DNA of 28,509 nucleotides, taken from IMG/VR virus record IMGVR_UViG_3300045771_000051, positions 1 through 28,509 of that record. One strand, written 5' to 3'. The position numbers were made by a program, and so were the translations under genes. The notes beneath the pieces are model-generated. The model did not search any database. It was not told the DNA's origin and saw only the letters and a program-made list of their open reading frames with translations. This DNA is from a virus (lineage: Duplodnaviria > Caudoviricetes). Positions 25,196-28,509 of this stretch are shown one piece after another; the first letter of the stretch is position 1; the number at the start of each line of letters is the position of its first letter.

Positions 25196-25498
25196 TTACC
25201 ACCGACTCCAGTTCGTCGTGCCGATCTTCACCTCAGTGGTAAGCTCGCCTGCCACATAATGGCGTCTGACGAGGGTGCGGCCCTCTGCGGTTAAGGCCAG
25301 AAGACGCCGGTCTATGCGTTTGGGATCATCGACGAACCCCAGGAGCCTTTGTCCCAAAGGCGCTATGACATCGGGATCGCCCGGCACGAGATAGCCCAAT
25401 CGACACAGGTCAGCGCGAACCCGACGAAACGTGCCGAGGCGCAGTGTCCGCGCGAAGTCGCGGATTGCCACGAGATCGGTGGCTGATGTAGCATTCAT
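25196..25498 (-). CDS. stand-alone phage antirepressor KilAC-like domain
   Basis: 'LVAIRDFARTL.LG......L.RLGYL...P.GQ...G...LTAEG..LV...Y..GEL'. Confidence 0.5.
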   Translation of the reverse strand: MNATSATDLVAIRDFARTLRLGTFRRVRADLCRLGYLVPGDPDVIAPLGQRLLGFVDDPKRIDRRLLALTAEGRTLVRRHYVAGELTTEVKIGTTNWSRW

Positions 25499-25527
25499 GA
25501 TTGAAACTCTTTCGCTAAAATTGAATT

Positions 25528-25890
25528 ATGTTCTCCGATCCCGAGTCTGCGCAGAGCTACCTGGAAAGCCGTTTATGGCCAGATGGCCCGCGATGCCCGG
25601 CGTGTGGCACGGGGGATCGGATCACCGTCCGCAAGGGCGGCTTTTATCGCTGCAACGCTTGCAAAATAGATTTTACCATCCGCACCGGGACGATCTTCCA
25701 TCGCAGTCATATTCCATTGCACAAATGGATCAACGGCATTGAGAGTTGGCGCCGTGGGATATCTAGTGCGCAGCTTGCTCGTGACCTCGACATCACGCAG
25801 AAAACGGCATGGTGGATGTTATGGCGACTGAACGAGTTGACCGATGCGGAGCGGCGGACGCTGCGCCGAATTATCGAGCCGGATCGTTAG
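25528..25890 (+). mobile_element. IS1595-family transposase, N-terminal zinc-ribbon/HTH only (DDE domain absent)
   Basis: 'F.D.ESA..YLESRLWPDGPRCPACG...YRCNAC..DFT.RTGTIF.RSHIPLHKW...GISS.QLARDL.ITQKTAW.ML.RL'; stops where the catalytic domain should begin. Confidence 0.88.
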
Positions 25891-25902
25891 AACAGGTGAC
25901 AC
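25886..25902 (-). repeat. partial copy of the CTAAC-core repeat
   Basis: gttagaacaggtgacac is a 15/17 inverted match to 27323-27339 and shares gttagaaca with 24142-24150. Confidence 0.65.
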
Positions 25903-26549
25903 TACCGTATGCGGTGTTCTGACTCGGCCTTCCATGCGAACAGCAGAATGTTCTGGCCACGATAATGCGGATTGCGGTTGGGGATGTTCCGCTTGGCCTG
26001 CAAGGTGAAGCGGACATTACGGTCGATCAACATTTCCATTTCTGTGTGTTCCTTGCCGGATACATATACAGCGCGCACCGATGGCGGTAACTGGATCATT
26101 GAGAGCGCGCTGGTTTGATTGCGCCCCATGGCATAGTAGAAGGCATAGGATGGCCCAATCGAGGCGCTGGTGAACCCAGGCTCAATGTAGGACGCGCCGA
26201 TGTCCATCTGCGCAAACTGATCGGTGCGTTCCTGACTGCGTTCACCTCGGAATACTTTAATGGTATGCTGGCGTTTCAACTCCTTAGCCTGAATATTGTC
26301 GAGATGCTGCACGGCTTCATCGGTTGTCATGGTGAAACCGTAGTCACTCTGCATCTCATCGTCGCTGCGTATCGGCCATTCGGGATCGTTCCCGCGCAAT
26401 GCACTGTTGATTGGTGAGTATCCATGTTCGCGCCACCAGTGAACAGCTTGGGCTTCGCGATCGGTAAGATCGGGTTGCCGCATGTTGCGCGCGGTTGGTT
26501 CATATTGCCTGTCGTCGTAAGGCACACTGGTGATTTCGCTCAAACGCAT
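25902..26549 (-). CDS. R-S-ExE class ADP-ribosyltransferase (T4 Alt / VIP2-like)
   Basis: YSPINSALRG, VFRG, GFTSAS, EMEML; start MRLSEI 4 nt after TAAATA (26554-26559). Confidence 0.85.
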   Translation of the reverse strand: MRLSEITSVPYDDRQYEPTARNMRQPDLTDREAQAVHWWREHGYSPINSALRGNDPEWPIRSDDEMQSDYGFTMTTDEAVQHLDNIQAKELKRQHTIKVFRGERSQERTDQFAQMDIGASYIEPGFTSASIGPSYAFYYAMGRNQTSALSMIQLPPSVRAVYVSGKEHTEMEMLIDRNVRFTLQAKRNIPNRNPHYRGQNILLFAWKAESEHRIR

Positions 26550-26552
26550 ACG

Positions 26553-26569
26553 ATATTTATGCATACCAT
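26553..26569 (-). promoter_or_regulatory. late promoter module ATGGTATGCATAAATAT (identical copy at 27305-27321)
   Basis: 17-bp exact duplicate upstream of two adjacent ART genes. Confidence 0.8.
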
Positions 26570-26574
26570 AGCGT

Positions 26575-27300
26575 TCATTCGTTATCCATGGTTTTGCTGA
26601 CAATCTTGACCGTTGCAGGATCAAAAACGACGTAGTTTTTCCGGTCCTCGCCGTATAAACTACCAACATCCCGATGTGTAATTCCGGGAATGCCAGCGTC
26701 AAGCATGATTGCGCTTACTTCCGGTCCTCTGCCAATTAATCGATACGCTTCGGCTCCACTGCTTTGCGGCGTGATCCCATGGGTCATATGGTGCGAGAGA
26801 AAGTTTTGAACCAAGGAGTTCTGTTGACCTACCGATCTGTCCCAATCAAGAAAATGATCTAGGTTTGCGTCGATCTGCACCTCATACATATATGAAGGTG
26901 GTAAATTATCATGGTATAATGCAATACGTTGCAACATAGCTTCCGGTTTCTCGAATGCTGCTGGACGTTTACTGATAAGGTCAGCTAGTTTGTTAACATC
27001 CCCGTGTGTCCATTTGTGGGCGCACAGACGAATCAAACTGTCGAGAACGATTTGGTCCTGACCCGTCCTTGTCAGGCCAGTCTGAGCGCGTCGTGCTGGA
27101 TTTGCTGCCATAGCCTTGTAGGATCGGGCAGTCCTTTTGTCTCCGGCGAAATACAGTCCGTATCCAAACTGTTGCGAACCTTCGCCAGAACCGATTTTCG
27201 CCGCGTCGAATGTATCGAAATCATGTGGAGAGCCGTGATAGGCCCGAAAAGTCGCCGCTTCCATCAATCGCATCCATCGTCTCATCCGGGCCATTTCCAT
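26575..27300 (-). CDS. ART-fold protein (polyvalent-protein ART-like)
   Basis: AYHGSPH.FD.FD..KIGSGEG.Q.FGYGLYFA...Y...MYEV.I...LDWD...GIPGI..RD...NYVVFD; start 5 nt after TAAATA (27306-27311). Confidence 0.78.
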   Translation of the reverse strand: MEMARMRRWMRLMEAATFRAYHGSPHDFDTFDAAKIGSGEGSQQFGYGLYFAGDKRTARSYKAMAANPARRAQTGLTRTGQDQIVLDSLIRLCAHKWTHGDVNKLADLISKRPAAFEKPEAMLQRIALYHDNLPPSYMYEVQIDANLDHFLDWDRSVGQQNSLVQNFLSHHMTHGITPQSSGAEAYRLIGRGPEVSAIMLDAGIPGITHRDVGSLYGEDRKNYVVFDPATVKIVSKTMDNE

Positions 27301-27558
27301 GGGCATATTTATGCATACCATGGTGTCACCTGCGCTAACCGGATAGACGAGGCGCAGTGGCACGCTCGCGAGGCGGCGGTGGCATTGGGGCGGATGCAAT
27401 CGCTTGCCATGTTGCGTCATCTGACGACGTTGGAACAGTGGACGCGGAAACCCATCGAAGTATGGAACACTTGGGCTGGGGCGTATACCCGCCACCGAGA
27501 AGCAGCACAAGGGCATCCGCAAGCAGGGTTTCGTTGCTGGTAGTATGCTGGGGCCTGC

Positions 27559-27726
27559 TCACAGGGAGCCTAAACCAAAGGTAAATGGAGAATTATCAGT
27601 TGGCACGGTCTGAGACTTGATCCGGTCTCGGGCGGCTTTGAAGAAGTCCAAATCCGTTTCAAATCCGATGAAGCTTCTTCCTGAATTGATACAGGCGATT
27701 GCTGTCGTGCCGGAACCTATAATCAT
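27559..27726 (-). pseudogene. C-terminal remnant of an N4C/N6A DNA methyltransferase
   Basis: Own translation: MIIGSGTTAIACINSGRSFIGFETDLDFFKAARDRI..., which is motif I onward; cut at the MITE junction. Confidence 0.8.
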
Positions 27727-27960
27727 GGCGCTGTTCGACTTAAGCGTGGGTGCCGGGTCAACCTAAATAAACAACACAAGGAATCATTATAATGACGCAC
27801 AAATCAGAAATCCCAGTCGAAAATGACGCTCCAGACGCCGAATTGGACGCTCAATGGGAGGCCACGAACCGACATCTGTGGAACTGTGGTGTCCCGATAC
27901 CGTTGTCGTGGTTCAAAACCCCTCCGATCCCAGAGACCCACGCTTAAGTAGAACAGCGCC
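27727..27960. mobile_element. 234-bp MITE-like element, probably IS1595-family derived
   Basis: 25-bp TIRs ggcgctgttcgacttaagcgtgggt and ggcgctgttctacttaagcgtgggt (24/25); flanking ataatcat (27719-27726) and ttaatcat (27961-27968) as an 8-bp TSD (7/8). Confidence 0.85.
27792..27947 (+). CDS. 51-aa acidic/Pro-rich passenger ORF inside the MITE
   Basis: TAAATA 27764-27769, RBS AAGGA, MTHKSEIPVENDAPDAELDAQWEATNRHLWNCGVPIPLSWFKTPPIPETHA*; the stop lies within the right TIR. Confidence 0.45.
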   Translation: MTHKSEIPVENDAPDAELDAQWEATNRHLWNCGVPIPLSWFKTPPIPETHA

Positions 27961-28009
27961 TTAATCATTCTGCCTATCCGGTTAGCACACGTGATGCCAT
28001 GGTATGCAG

Positions 28010-28495
28010 TCAACCGGAATGCCAACCTCGGTGCTGTTCCATATGTTGACGCAAATCCTCGCCCGAGCCTTCAACGCCCTTTGCGTCAGGTTCAAGCCGA
28101 TCTAAAATTGTAATTTGATCGGCGTGGAGAATCATGATTTCGGTTGAATGGTCATCTTCCGCATCCTGTGGATAATGCGCGCAGATCACACTGTCATAGT
28201 GATACTTTTCCAGCCACGCACGAACATCAGACTGATGGAAATGCGTCTGATATTCGATGGCGTTATCGACGTGCAATTTGTAGGGGTTGTTGAGCGTCAA
28301 ACGACACTTTAGAACGGCACCATCAGGATGATCATAGGCATAGCTGGCCGCTACATGAAAGGTTGTGGAAAAATAGAAGCCGTGACCAAGATAGCCACGG
28401 TCACTGGCACTGCCGATAAACTGGGGATCAAACTGCCCAAACCGTTTGCGGGTGCCGTGGAATGCGATGACAGTCATGGGCGCTTCATTCTCCAT
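28010..28495 (-). CDS. ART-fold protein (polyvalent-protein ART-like); frame open to the window edge, so the start may lie outside
   Basis: AFHGT...F.QFD..FIGS.SD.GYLGHGFYFS....A.SYA...L.LNNPY...YDSVI...TEIMIL..DQI. Confidence 0.78.
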   Translation of the reverse strand: MENEAPMTVIAFHGTRKRFGQFDPQFIGSASDRGYLGHGFYFSTTFHVAASYAYDHPDGAVLKCRLTLNNPYKLHVDNAIEYQTHFHQSDVRAWLEKYHYDSVICAHYPQDAEDDHSTEIMILHADQITILDRLEPDAKGVEGSGEDLRQHMEQHRGWHSG

Positions 28496-28509
28496 CGCGT
28501 CCTCTGCCA

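Larger units (their letters stand above)
27312..28008. repeat. 35-bp imperfect inverted repeats (27312-27346 / 27974-28008) bracketing a 627-bp mosaic insert
   Basis: tgcataccatggtgtcacctgcgctaaccggatag versus tgcataccatggcatcacgtgtgctaaccggatag (reverse complement), 31/35. Confidence 0.9.

Noticed and set aside
26550-27522. ORF-track starts at 26702 and 27522 for the ART genes
   Set aside because: The extensions overlap the neighbouring gene or cross the promoter and repeat; promoter position supports 26549 and 27300.
27804-28025. Minus-strand 73-aa ORF with 'AYHG' resembling an ART start
   Set aside because: The motif is just the translation of the repeat (tgcataccatgg) and the ORF runs through the MITE TIR.

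Overview
The window looks like a 28.5-kb segment of a large T4-like or jumbo myophage genome (inference from gene content; host not determinable here). It is mostly minus-strand. Core and accessory genes include a UvsW-like helicase (5' part, missed by the ORF track), a DNA MTase, a DsbA/GapR-like dsDNA-binding protein, an apparently dead DNA-ligase paralogue plus an intact ATP-dependent ligase, an RyR-domain protein, DnaJ, an overlapping spanin pair, two metallophosphoesterases, a DEDDh exonuclease, ThyX, an XRE regulator, an MT-A70 MTase and a tail fibre with its partner. Many genes follow T4-type late promoter boxes (TAAATA), often only 4-5 nt before the ATG. Two regions stand out. (1) About 700 nt (13485-14195) with no credible ORF but dense with helices, a cUUCGg tetraloop and an H-type pseudoknot. 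It starts right after a perfect TATAAATA late promoter and is insulated by an upstream terminator, so it is a candidate large phage ncRNA. (2) A mosaic locus (about 23750-28509) with four divergent ADP-ribosyltransferase-fold genes, three of which have T4 internal-protein-like N-termini. They are interleaved with a dispersed CTAAC/GTTAG-core repeat family, a 234-bp MITE with TIRs and TSD, an IS1595 transposase stub and gene remnants, suggesting a shuffled arsenal of injected effectors.
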